Shown: positions 23,234-32,544 of the stretch, in pieces
How the letters are laid out: each line of letters starts with the position of its first letter
Position numbering within the stretch: position 1 is the stretch's first letter
Source: an uncultured Planctomycetaceae bacterium
Lineage (GTDB): Bacteria; Planctomycetota; Planctomycetia; Planctomycetales; Planctomycetaceae
Direction: 5' to 3'
DNA: 64,000 nt
NCBI GenBank assembly: GCA_963815195.1
Contig: CAWFGE010000022.1
Location: 1 to 64,000, forward strand
Notes under the pieces: model-generated
The model's input: the letters and a program-made list of their open reading frames with translations, nothing else
Database searches by the model: none
What the model was told of the DNA's origin: nothing
Made by a program: the position numbers and the translations under genes

Positions 23234-23947
23234 TCACGGGGCGGTCTTGGTGTTTAGGGCCTTGCGGATGTGCTGGACGACCTGTTTCGCGAGCAGCTTC
23301 GAGCCTTCCGGCGTGAAGTGCACGTTGACCGGCCGCTGGATGTCTTTGAGCCTCGGCTGGGCGAAGGCGTAAAGATCGTCGATCGCGACGCCGTTTTCTT
23401 CCATGATCTTTTTGGCGATCGCGTTGTATTTCTCCGGGCCATTCACATCGCGATGCGGCTTGACGCCGCCTTCGGGGACCGGCGTGGTCGTCGCGAAAAT
23501 CAGCACTGCCCCGGTCGCTTTCAGCTTCTTCACGATTTCTTTCAGTTGCTTTTCGTAAACCTCCGGCGGGGCCTGGTTAAGGTCGTCCGGGTTGTTGGAG
23601 TTCTTGCCGGTCTTGGCGTCCACGCGTTTCAGATCATGCAGGCCGAAGTTGAAGTGAATCACATCCCAGTTTCCGCCGTCTTGTTTGAGCCAGCGGTCGA
23701 TGTTTTTGACGCCGTTGTTCGTGCCCGCGCAATTCTCGGCCCGGTTGTTTTTCCCCATCGGCCGGGTGACGAAGGCCTCGTCCTTCAGCATGTCTTTGAC
23801 GGAGGGCGTGTAGCCCATCGAGATCGAATCCCCCAACAAGAGGACCCGGGGCTTCGCAGGCGCGTCTTTTTCTTGCGGCGGCTCCGCCCGCGCCGAAACC
23901 GCCGACACAGCAAAAACGAAGCCAGCCAAAAATGAATAAAACCGCAT
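23234..23947 (-). CDS. Secreted SGNH/GDSL hydrolase
   Basis: LLGDSIS, HFNFGLHD, ATTTP, NVHF. Confidence 0.9.
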   Translation of the reverse strand: MRFYSFLAGFVFAVSAVSARAEPPQEKDAPAKPRVLLLGDSISMGYTPSVKDMLKDEAFVTRPMGKNNRAENCAGTNNGVKNIDRWLKQDGGNWDVIHFNFGLHDLKRVDAKTGKNSNNPDDLNQAPPEVYEKQLKEIVKKLKATGAVLIFATTTPVPEGGVKPHRDVNGPEKYNAIAKKIMEENGVAIDDLYAFAQPRLKDIQRPVNVHFTPEGSKLLAKQVVQHIRKALNTKTAP

Positions 23948-24257
23948 GGCAAAATCTCCCCCGGAAAAGTTGAAGTTGAGTTTTGGAACCCTGCTGGACG
24001 CGAATCCAATCAAGATGCGTTCATCTGGCGTTCCGGCGATGGCAAGATACGTGTTCTGGGTGTTTACGATACCCGGACGACCCGCCGAGAGCAAAGCGCT
24101 CGGCGCAGGTGTTTGCGATTGTCACGCCCCCCAATCCCCGCGCACTGCGGCCGCGAACGGCTCAAACTTGAGAAAAAAAAGTTGCTCTTGTGCAGAATTT
24201 TGAAATTCGTATCCTACCGCTCCCTTCAATCTCCCTCTCTCCAGCGAGGAATTTTCG

Positions 24258-24488
24258 ATGAAACGATTTCTGGCCGCGTGTTTCGCCCTGGCTTTGGCGT
24301 TTTCCGCGTCGGGCTGCTGTTGCTCCCACCTGTTTGGCGGGGGATATCCGCCCGCCAATCCCTGTGGACCCTGCGGATATGGGGCCTATCCCACCTATTC
24401 TTATGCTCAACCCGGCTATGCCACCGCGAGCCTCCCCGCCGTCGCCGCTCCCGCCTGCGATTGCGCCCCGGCCGTCGCCCCCTACTAA
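24258..24488 (+). CDS. Small Cys/Pro/Tyr-rich lipoprotein
   Basis: GAGGA RBS; signal peptide with lipobox ASGC; followed by a terminator. Confidence 0.75.
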   Translation: MKRFLAACFALALAFSASGCCCSHLFGGGYPPANPCGPCGYGAYPTYSYAQPGYATASLPAVAAPACDCAPAVAPY

Positions 24489-24513
24489 ACCGAACGCAAA
24501 ACTCAATTCCAGC

Positions 24514-24556
24514 GACGCATTCATCACGGTTCTCCGCGGTGAATGCGTCTTTTTTT
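24514..24556 (+). terminator. Rho-independent terminator
   Basis: GACGCATTCA...TGAATGCGTC stem followed by a T run. Confidence 0.7.
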
Positions 24557-24558
24557 AT

Positions 24559-24633
24559 GTGAGCGGCCGGGCGCTGGCCGCCGGTTTTTGGGAATCGCAC
24601 GAAAACGACCGGCGGCTAGCGCCGTTCTGCTCA
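24559..24633. repeat. REP doublet
   Basis: GTGAGCGGCCGGGCGCTGGCCGCCGG...CCGGCGGCTAGCGCCGTTCTGCTCA. Confidence 0.7.
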
Positions 24634-24765
24634 AAAAATTAGAAAATCATTGCGATTTGCCGGATTTTTTGGAAAATCGACAACCGACGGAGCGTAATCA
24701 GAGAATGACCAGGGCTTGAACATTCATTCCCTCTTTCATTCGGACCCATTCAGGGAAGGCCACTT

Positions 24766-25899
24766 GTGGAACTTGCACCTTTGATTCCCGAAACCCGGGT
24801 GGAACCGCGGCCCTATCAGCAGCGGATTATCAATAAAGCCGTCGCGATGTTTCAGGGGCAGCACCTGAGCGCGGCGGGCCAACTGGAACCCGCGGCCCGT
24901 TCGGTGATGATCGAATCCCCCACCGGCAGCGGCAAAACGGTTATGGGGCTTTTGACCGCGAAGCTCATGCAGCGACGGCATGGACTCCAGGTGGGCTGGA
25001 TCGCCATGCGGCGGAACCTGCTCACGCAGACCGCCCTCGAAAACCACCGCATGGGCATCGGCGTGGAGCCGGTCCATTTCATCTCAATGTTCGAGAAAAA
25101 CCCGCCCGCGGATCTCGATCTCTTGGTGGTGGATGAAGCTCAACACGATGCCGCGTCCTCGATGGCCCATCTACACAACCTTATCCGCCCGAAATGGATT
25201 CTGGGCCTGACCGCGACGCCCTTTCGCACCGACCGCATCAAGCTCTGCTTCGACAAAGTCATCAAAGATGCGGGGATTCATCAACTGATCCAGGACGGCT
25301 ACTTGAGCCAATACGACCATTACACAATCCCCTGTTGGAACGTGCGCACGGTCGCGGAGTTTTATCTCCGCGAACCCGCGCGATGGGGCAAGTCGATCTT
25401 CTTTTTCCGCACGCTCGAAGAATGTTTTGAGATTCACCAGTTGCTCGTTTCACAAGGCGTCGTTTGCGAAGTCGTCACCGGTTCGTCCAACCGCGAGGAG
25501 CAAATCAAACGGTTTTTGAGCGGCCGAGTGCCGGTGCTGATTAACTGCATGGTTTTGACGGAGGGGTTCGATTGCCCGGACCTCCAGACCGTGTTCTGCC
25601 GGGATTCCGCCAAAGGGCCGACCATGCAGATGTGCGGGCGGGCGTTCCGCAAGCACCCCGAGGTGCCGGTGAAGAACATCGTGCAGAGCAAGCTCACCAA
25701 GTGGCCTTTCACGAAGGTGGCGCTCGCCCGGCAGCAGTATCTCTGGCAGGAGGATGAATGGCGATCGCTGGCGGTGAACCCGATGATCAACACCGTCAAC
25801 TCGCGGGCCAGGCTCGCGATCGCCAACATCTCCGTGGACCTGCCGGGGTTCGTCAAACGCAACCGCCCCCGGCACCCGGATTTTCGGTCCGAGCATTGA
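24766..25899 (+). CDS. Compact SF2 DEAD/DEAH-box helicase (RadD/UvsW/ResIII-like)
   Basis: PRPYQ, SPTGSGKT, VVDEAQH, GLTATP, LTEGFDCP, QMCGRAFR. Confidence 0.9.
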   Translation: MELAPLIPETRVEPRPYQQRIINKAVAMFQGQHLSAAGQLEPAARSVMIESPTGSGKTVMGLLTAKLMQRRHGLQVGWIAMRRNLLTQTALENHRMGIGVEPVHFISMFEKNPPADLDLLVVDEAQHDAASSMAHLHNLIRPKWILGLTATPFRTDRIKLCFDKVIKDAGIHQLIQDGYLSQYDHYTIPCWNVRTVAEFYLREPARWGKSIFFFRTLEECFEIHQLLVSQGVVCEVVTGSSNREEQIKRFLSGRVPVLINCMVLTEGFDCPDLQTVFCRDSAKGPTMQMCGRAFRKHPEVPVKNIVQSKLTKWPFTKVALARQQYLWQEDEWRSLAVNPMINTVNSRARLAIANISVDLPGFVKRNRPRHPDFRSEH

Positions 25900-25905
25900 T
25901 CGGAT

Positions 25906-25988
25906 CGGGTGGCACGACCCTAAAGTGCAGCGAGCGGCGTGGCGACCCTCCAGAGCATGCCCTTCGTTCCTCACGGCGTGGCACCCGG
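25906..25988. repeat. REP doublet (GGGTGGCACG.CCCT family)
   Basis: Same family at 45318-45398 and about 45838-45910. Confidence 0.65.
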
Positions 25989-26054
25989 AACACTCAAAAA
26001 TGATTCAGTCCCGTTTTACTCAGGAATTCTGTTTTCTCAAAAGGAGTCTCTTCC

Positions 26055-27215
26055 ATGTCCAAAACGTTCGAGTACGGCGTCACCACCATTGGCGAATTGC
26101 AAGTGGAAACCAAAGTCGCCGAGGACAAACGCCGGCGCCGGCGTCCCGTGACCGAGGTGCTGATCGATGAGGAATCCTTCAAGCCCAGCGAGCGGTTTTG
26201 GACGAGCCTTTACATTCGCTACGGGTTCAGCAAATCGTTCTTCAATTACTTTTCGCACGAGGAAGTCTTCTCCCGGATTTCCGAAGTCTCGCCCAACGAC
26301 CGCATGCGCTACTGCATCGAGCGGGATTGGAAGACCGGCGAGGGCCGGCTGCTCGCGGTCTCGAACCCCGCCAAGTCCGTCGTCCGCCACGACGATTTGA
26401 TGGAGCTTTTGGAACTCTACCAGGGCGACCGCATCGCGTATCACGACGGCGTCGTCGAATCCCACCACATCCCGCGGATGGGGGCCACGCGGTTCCAAAT
26501 CGCCGGCGACGAGTTCGCGAACCGGTTCGTTTTGCAGACGCCGATTGACGGGTTCGGGCTGCCGAACATTTATCTGTCGCTGCTGCGGGAAATCTGCTCG
26601 AACGGCATGGTCGGCATGGGCAAGACCTTCCGCAGCCAGATTTCCGTCGGCAAAGGGCAGGACGCGACGAGCTTCTCACTGATGCGGGCCCTCGATGGCT
26701 TCGGCAACGATGAAGGCTACGCAGCGCTCCGGCAGCGGTTCGAAAGCGCGACGACTTCCTGGGCCAGCGTGCACGAGGCCCTCGGCCTGTATAACCTCAC
26801 CGCGAAACTCCTAGGTCGAAAGCAAGTCGGCTCAGACGGCGCACAAACGCGGCCCGACGATGCGGGCGGCAATCACATTCCCGCGGGCAGTCCGCTTTTG
26901 AAATCGTTCCACAAGATGACCGGCGATATTTCGAGTCTGTATGGCCTCGCGAACCTGGATGCCCTGTCGGTCAAACGCCAGCGGACGCTGCCCGTGAGCT
27001 GCAAGGTGTATGACCTTTTGAACTTCGCCACCGAAGTCGCCACGCATCATGCAAAGCCCGAAGGCGCCCGCCGGATGCAGGCTTGGGTGGGGACGCTGTT
27101 GAGCAACGAATACGACATGGAAGGCACGGCCGACAACTTCGGCGACTTCCGCGACTTCTTCGTCCAAGGCAGCACCGCCCGCAGTACGCTCGACGACCGC
27201 TCGCAAAAGAATTGA
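26055..27215 (+). CDS. DUF932-like (phage/plasmid-associated) protein
   Basis: AAGGAG RBS; RLLAVS, PIDG...LLREICSNGMVG resembles the DUF932 R.vCxNG motif. Confidence 0.65.
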   Translation: MSKTFEYGVTTIGELQVETKVAEDKRRRRRPVTEVLIDEESFKPSERFWTSLYIRYGFSKSFFNYFSHEEVFSRISEVSPNDRMRYCIERDWKTGEGRLLAVSNPAKSVVRHDDLMELLELYQGDRIAYHDGVVESHHIPRMGATRFQIAGDEFANRFVLQTPIDGFGLPNIYLSLLREICSNGMVGMGKTFRSQISVGKGQDATSFSLMRALDGFGNDEGYAALRQRFESATTSWASVHEALGLYNLTAKLLGRKQVGSDGAQTRPDDAGGNHIPAGSPLLKSFHKMTGDISSLYGLANLDALSVKRQRTLPVSCKVYDLLNFATEVATHHAKPEGARRMQAWVGTLLSNEYDMEGTADNFGDFRDFFVQGSTARSTLDDRSQKN

Positions 27216-27232
27216 ATATGTTGCTCTGAAGA

Positions 27233-27373
27233 GTGAGCGGCCGGGCGTAGCCGCCGGCCTTGCCTGAAGCGCAAGTTGCGCCTCGGCAGCCGCGAAGCGG
27301 CGACAGCAAGCGGTGGAGTGGAGTAAAATGTGCTGCCGCCGCTTCGCGACTTCGGAAATGCGCAACTTCAAAA
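27233..27373. repeat. Composite REP/palindromic element
   Basis: REP arm followed by AAGTTGCGC..CGCGAAGCGGCG / CGCCGCTTCGCG..GCGCAACTT inverted repeat. Confidence 0.65.
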
Positions 27374-27474
27374 CTCACGCTTCGGGCTAATAGAACTGCC
27401 GACGAACTTACGAAATAGTCATCGAGCTAGCCACCCAAAGGGTACCCGGCCGCTCAAGAAAAAGAGAAGGAGGC

Positions 27475-27858
27475 ATGTGGATATGGGATTATCATTTGCG
27501 GGAAATGGGGTTCAGGCAACGGAGCGACCGGTATTGGCGGTGCGATGCGGGTTTGGGGCTTGGTGAGGGCGATCATGTTTCGCTGTATCTGTGGACTCGG
27601 CAGCCTCTATCCCCGTCGCAGACCCTTTACCAATTGACCGAGTTCCACGTGACGTTTCTGCTCGAACGCGATCACGCGCACTTCTATTACCACGAAATGC
27701 ACGACAACCGCTGGCAGCCCGGCGGGCACACGTCTTCCCTCCAACTTCGCGGGTTGGGTTTTGATCCCGGGGAACTCATCGCGGAGGCCGATGCGATCGC
27801 GGAGGAATTCATCGCCCGCTTCAATGGGCAATGGATTCCCCGCGAGGACGCCGATTGA
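27475..27858 (+). CDS. Hypothetical His/Trp-rich protein
   Basis: AAGGAGG RBS; 127 aa with EFHVTF, HFYYHE, WQPGGHTS. Confidence 0.7.
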   Translation: MWIWDYHLREMGFRQRSDRYWRCDAGLGLGEGDHVSLYLWTRQPLSPSQTLYQLTEFHVTFLLERDHAHFYYHEMHDNRWQPGGHTSSLQLRGLGFDPGELIAEADAIAEEFIARFNGQWIPREDAD

Positions 27859-27878
27859 AGGCCGGTCGCGGCCAAGCG

Positions 27879-29201
27879 TTATGCCGAAATCCACGATGCG
27901 AAGATCGTGGCGAGGCCCAGGAAGGCGGCGAAGCCGACGATGTCGGTCACCGTGGTCAAAAAGATCGAAGCGGATTGCGCGGGGTCCCGGCCGAGGGCTT
28001 TGAGGATCAACGGAATCGCGGCTCCCGAGAGGGCCGCCATCACCATGTTGAGCACCATCGCGATTCCGATGACGCCGGCGAGCGCGGCGCTGGCGCTCGC
28101 CGGGTCCCCTTTGGAAAGCCTCCAGGCCAGGACGAGGCTCGCCGTCACCACGGCCACGGCCAGGCCGTTTATGAAACCCGCGAGAAGCTCTTTAAAAAGC
28201 ACCCGCTTCCGCGCGGACGGAATGATCTCCCGCAAAGCCAAACCTCGCATCACGACGACCAGCGATTGCGAACCGGTGTTGCCTCCTTGCCCGGCGACGA
28301 TCGGCAACAGCACCGCGAGCGCGGCCACGCGGGAAATCATGTCTTCAAACATCCCCACCACCGAAGCCGCCAGAAACGCCGTCGCCAGGTTGACGAACAA
28401 CCAAGGCAATCGGCTTTTGATGACGGTGCGCACGGGCGACAACGCCCGCTCGTCGGCACCGGCCCCGACGATTTTTTGCAGATCTTCAAACGCCTCGAGT
28501 TGCCCCGCTTCGACGGCTTCGTGATGTTTGACCACGCCCACGAGCCGGCCGTCGTAATCGACGACGGGAAGCGCGACGAACTGATGTTCCCGCATCAGGT
28601 TCACGACTTCCTCGCGGTCCATCGTGTCGGTCACGCTGAGCAGGTTCCGGTGGACCATCGGCTTGATGGGATCTTGGGGCGAGGCCAACAGCAGGTCCCG
28701 CATCGTGAGGACGCCGATGAGCTTGTTGCCCCGGCTGGTGACATACAGGTAATGCAGCGCCTCCCGCGGCGTCTCGCGGATCTTGGCGATGACCTGGCCC
28801 ACGGTCATGTCGATCGACAGCGACGCCACGCGCGGCTCCATGATCTCGCCCGCCGTGCCCGCGGGATACATCGCCAACTCGCGGAGCGGTTTGGCGATTT
28901 CGGGGTCGAGGCCGTTCAAGACCGTTTCGCGCTTCGCTTCGTCCAAGAGCTGCAAGAGGCTCGAGCCTTCGCGCGGAGACATGGCGACGAGCAGCTCGCG
29001 GATGCGGTCGTCTTCCATTCCCGAAAGCAGCGGAGCCACCGCCACGGGGCTCAATTCCTCCACCAAGGGCACCGCGACCCGCGTCGGCAGCGAGCCAAAC
29101 AGCCGCAGCCCGTCGGCGGCATCGAGCGATTCAAACGCCCGCGCCGCCTCTTCGGGATGCAGCTCGATAAAGATTTCCAATAAGGATTCCAAAGGGTCCA
29201 T
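27879..29201 (-). CDS. mgtE: Magnesium transporter MgtE
   Basis: N domain, two CBS domains, SRLPWLFVNL, GGNTGSQS, DPAQ...LTTVTD. Confidence 0.95.
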   Translation of the reverse strand: MDPLESLLEIFIELHPEEAARAFESLDAADGLRLFGSLPTRVAVPLVEELSPVAVAPLLSGMEDDRIRELLVAMSPREGSSLLQLLDEAKRETVLNGLDPEIAKPLRELAMYPAGTAGEIMEPRVASLSIDMTVGQVIAKIRETPREALHYLYVTSRGNKLIGVLTMRDLLLASPQDPIKPMVHRNLLSVTDTMDREEVVNLMREHQFVALPVVDYDGRLVGVVKHHEAVEAGQLEAFEDLQKIVGAGADERALSPVRTVIKSRLPWLFVNLATAFLAASVVGMFEDMISRVAALAVLLPIVAGQGGNTGSQSLVVVMRGLALREIIPSARKRVLFKELLAGFINGLAVAVVTASLVLAWRLSKGDPASASAALAGVIGIAMVLNMVMAALSGAAIPLILKALGRDPAQSASIFLTTVTDIVGFAAFLGLATIFASWISA

Positions 29202-29335
29202 AAGATTGGGCTTCTTTCCAGAATTTTCACGCGGGCCGCTTGTCGAACCGGTTCGGGCTTTGCATTATCATGGGGACGTTCCCGCTCAACAACCATCGTG
29301 GCTTCTGCGTCTTATTCAATGGAAATCCGGAACCC

Positions 29336-29487
29336 GAATCTCGAAATCCGAAACAAATCCGAATGATCCAAATTCCAATCTCCAAACGACAGAATTGGAT
29401 GAAGGCGACCGGCTCGCCCTTGGTTTTGTTGGGAACATTTGGATTTTGAATTTGTTTCGGATTTGGAGTTTCGTGCTTCGAGTTTCC
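29336..29487. repeat. Long imperfect inverted repeat built from AAATCCG/AATCTCG-like heptamers
   Basis: TCGAAATCCGAAACAAATCCGAATGATCCAAA versus TTTGGATTTTGAATTTGTTTCGGATTTGGA. Confidence 0.7.
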
Positions 29488-29518
29488 ATCCGTGATGGTT
29501 GAGGGATGAATCCTCAAC

Positions 29519-30064
29519 ATGCCTTCCTATAGTCCTGTCCGCGTGCCTAATCGACGATCCAAGCCCCAATCCAAATCGAAAACTTATCCTCCCATCGGTT
29601 GGCGGGAGTGGGTGGCGCTGCCGGATTTAGGAATTTCGCTGATCAAGGTCAAGGTGGACACCGGGGCCCGGTCGTCCGCGCTTCATGCCTTCAAGATTAA
29701 AGAGATTCCCGAAGCGGGCGGGACCAAGGTAAAATTCCAGGTGCATCCGTTTCAGCGCAACGCCAAAACCACCTTGGAATGCCAGGCGGACTTGCTGGAG
29801 TACCGGGAAGTCCGCAGCAGCGGGGGGCACGTGACGCTCCGCCCGGTGGTGGTCACGACGATCCGGTTTATGGATCAGGAGTGGCCCATCGAGCTCACGC
29901 TTGTGAGCCGGGACAGCATGGGCTTTCGCATGCTGCTCGGCCGCGAGGCGGTGCGGGGACGGTTCTTCGTGGATGCGGGCCAGTCGTATTACGGCGGCCA
30001 ACCTGTGCTCCCCAAAAAAACCAAGACGACAAAAAAAAGCAAATCCAATCGGAGTGATTCATGA
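29519..30064 (+). CDS. RimK-associated retropepsin-like protease (RimB / 'ATP-dependent Zn protease' family)
   Basis: IGWREWV, KVDTGARSSALHA, VRSSGG, RPVV, MLLGR. Confidence 0.9.
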   Translation: MPSYSPVRVPNRRSKPQSKSKTYPPIGWREWVALPDLGISLIKVKVDTGARSSALHAFKIKEIPEAGGTKVKFQVHPFQRNAKTTLECQADLLEYREVRSSGGHVTLRPVVVTTIRFMDQEWPIELTLVSRDSMGFRMLLGREAVRGRFFVDAGQSYYGGQPVLPKKTKTTKKSKSNRSDS

Positions 30065-31461
30065 AGATCGCCATCCTGTCGCGGAACCGCGACTGTTACA
30101 GCACCCGCCGGCTCAGGGAAGCTGCGCTCGAGCGGGGGCATAAAGCCAAAGTGCTCAACACGCTCCTCTTCGGGATTTTTATGGAAGAGGAAAGCCCGCA
30201 GCTCACGTTTGCCGGCAAAGACATCAGCCCGTACGACGTCATCATTCCGCGGATCGGGGCTTCGATCACGGCGTTCGGCACCGCGGTGGTCCGGCACTTC
30301 GAGCAGATGGGCGTGTATTCGCTCAATCCCTCGCACGCCATCAGCGTCTCGCGGGATAAGCTCCGGGCGCTTCAGGCGCTCAGCCGGCACGACATCGGGA
30401 TGCCCGAAACCGCGTTCGTCAAACGCAAGCAAGACGTGCTCCCCGCAATCGAGCGCGTGGGCGGCGACCCGGTGATTATCAAGCTGTTGGAAGGCACGCA
30501 GGGCGTGGGGGTGATCCTCGCGGACAGCGTGCCGGTGGCCGCGGCGATCATCGAAACCTTGAGCAGCACGCAGCACAACGTCCTCATCCAAAAGTTCGTC
30601 AAGGAAAGCAAAGGCAAGGACATTCGGGCGTTCGTCATCGGCGACCGCGTGGTGGCGGCGATGCGGCGGCAGGCCGTCGGGCAGGAGTTTCGCAGCAACG
30701 TGCACCGCGGCGGCAAAGCCATCAAGGTCGATCTGCCGCCCGAATACGAACGCACCGCCGTGCACGCCGCCCGCATCATGGGCCTGCGGGTCGCGGGTGT
30801 GGATATGCTCGAAGGCAACGAAGGCCCGCAGATTATGGAAGTCAACTCCTCGCCTGGCCTCGAGGGCATCGAAAAAGCGACGGGCGTGGACATTGCCGGC
30901 AAGATCATCGGGTACCTGGAAGAGCAGGTCACGTTTGAGGACGTGGACATTCGGCATCGGCTGTCGCTCGCGCGGGGCTACACGGTCGCCGAGTTTCAGG
31001 TGGGGCCCGATTCGGAACTCGCCAACAAGAAGATCGGCGAGACCGGTCTTCGCAGCAATGATGTGATGGTCTTGAGCATCAACCGCAACGGCCTCGTAAC
31101 GCCCGCTCCGCACGGGGACGATGTGCTGCTGCCGGGCGATGTGCTTCTCTGTTATGGAAAGCAAATCACGCTGCGGTCGATGGTGCCTTCGGTGGATGCC
31201 AAGCGGAAAGCGAAGGAGAAGAAGAAAAAGACCAGGCGAACCGTGCAGCCTCCGAATGCGGTCACCGAGGCCGAACCCATCGCCGAACTGCCGCACGCCA
31301 ACGCGGATCGGCCGACGAACGTGGTCTCGGCCCACGATCCCTTGCCGGACGATCCGCCGCAGGAAGACCCGATCTCCCTTGATCCAATCGAGGACGGGGA
31401 GCTCGTCGAAGTCGAAGTCCCGGACGACGCCTTGAGAATCAACGATGAAGAAGACACGTGA
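30061..31461 (+). CDS. rimK: RimK-family alpha-L-glutamate ligase fused to TrkA-C (RCK_C) and an acidic tail
   Basis: YSTRRL, IPRIGASIT, RDKL, EGTQGVGV, FRSNVHRGG, EVNSSPGLEGIE; then SELANKKIGETGLR...LLPGDVLLCYG. Confidence 0.92.
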   Translation: MKIAILSRNRDCYSTRRLREAALERGHKAKVLNTLLFGIFMEEESPQLTFAGKDISPYDVIIPRIGASITAFGTAVVRHFEQMGVYSLNPSHAISVSRDKLRALQALSRHDIGMPETAFVKRKQDVLPAIERVGGDPVIIKLLEGTQGVGVILADSVPVAAAIIETLSSTQHNVLIQKFVKESKGKDIRAFVIGDRVVAAMRRQAVGQEFRSNVHRGGKAIKVDLPPEYERTAVHAARIMGLRVAGVDMLEGNEGPQIMEVNSSPGLEGIEKATGVDIAGKIIGYLEEQVTFEDVDIRHRLSLARGYTVAEFQVGPDSELANKKIGETGLRSNDVMVLSINRNGLVTPAPHGDDVLLPGDVLLCYGKQITLRSMVPSVDAKRKAKEKKKKTRRTVQPPNAVTEAEPIAELPHANADRPTNVVSAHDPLPDDPPQEDPISLDPIEDGELVEVEVPDDALRINDEEDT

Positions 31462-32524
31462 ATTCCGCATCGGCGGCGTGAGGATCCGCCGCGGCGAAAC
31501 CCGCGACGTGCGGCTGAAGATCTCCGAGACCTACACCGGGGACGAGGTCGCGATCCCGATTCGCGTGATCCGGGCCGCCAAGCCGGGCCCCAGGGTGTTC
31601 CTCAGTGCCGCGGTCCACGGTGATGAACTCAACGGCACGGGCATTATCCACGATTTGATCTACGGCAGCCCGCTGGAACTCTTGTGCGGGACGCTGCTGT
31701 TGATGCCCGTCGTCAACGTCCTCGGCTTCGAGCAGCAGCAGCGGTATCTCCCGGACCGGCGGGATTTGAACCGCTGTTTTCCGGGCTCGCCCACGGGAAG
31801 TCTCACCAGCCGGGTGGCCGATACCTTTATGAGGGAGATTATTCAGAACTGCGACTCCGGCATCGACCTGCACACCGCGGCCGCGTATCGCACGAACTTC
31901 CCCAACATTCGCGGCGAATTGTCGATTCCCGCCGTCAAACACCTCGCCGACTCCTTCGGTTGCGAATTGATCGTGGACGGCAAAGGCCCCGTGGGATCGC
32001 TCCGGCGGGCCGCGTGCAAAGCCGGCTGCCCCACGATCATTCTCGAAGCCGGCGAGCCTTATAAACTGGAGCCTTCCATTTTAGAAACCGGCGTGCGGGG
32101 CATTCGCAATGTGCTCATCAATCTGGGAATGCTCGCAGGCCAGGTCATCCGTCCGCCTTACCAGGCCCACGTCCGCAAAACGACCTGGCTGCGGGCGGAA
32201 GTCGGCGGGATCATCCGCTTTCACGTCCGCCTGGGCGAATTGGTCGAAGAGGGGCAGCCCATCGCCTCGAACTTCAGCATCTTAGGCGAGCAGCAAAGCA
32301 CGATCCACAGCACGGACGACGGCGTCGTGTTGGGTTTGGCCACGATGCCTGCCATCAAGCCCGGCGAACCGATTTGCCACCTGGCGATCATCAGCCAGCG
32401 GTTCAAAAGCATCCGCCAGGCGATCGAAGACATGAGCCCCAAACATCTGCACCAGCGCGTCCGCGACGACCTGGCGACGAACATCTCCGGCGTCGAAACC
32501 CAGGGCAACGGCTCCGCCGATTGA
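31445..32524 (+). CDS. Succinylglutamate desuccinylase/aspartoacylase (M14-like) protein
   Basis: AAVHGDELNG, DLNRCFPG, IDLHT, EAGE. Confidence 0.9.
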   Translation: MKKTREFRIGGVRIRRGETRDVRLKISETYTGDEVAIPIRVIRAAKPGPRVFLSAAVHGDELNGTGIIHDLIYGSPLELLCGTLLLMPVVNVLGFEQQQRYLPDRRDLNRCFPGSPTGSLTSRVADTFMREIIQNCDSGIDLHTAAAYRTNFPNIRGELSIPAVKHLADSFGCELIVDGKGPVGSLRRAACKAGCPTIILEAGEPYKLEPSILETGVRGIRNVLINLGMLAGQVIRPPYQAHVRKTTWLRAEVGGIIRFHVRLGELVEEGQPIASNFSILGEQQSTIHSTDDGVVLGLATMPAIKPGEPICHLAIISQRFKSIRQAIEDMSPKHLHQRVRDDLATNISGVETQGNGSAD

Positions 32525-32544
32525 ACGCCCCCCGCCGCCGACCG

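Noticed and set aside
24258..24488. RiPP precursor
   Set aside because: It has a Sec lipoprotein signal and no modifying enzymes or transporter nearby.
29202..29335. Mg2+/Mn2+ riboswitch upstream of mgtE
   Set aside because: No recognisable M-box or yybP-ykoY motifs by eye; an Rfam/Infernal scan would be needed.
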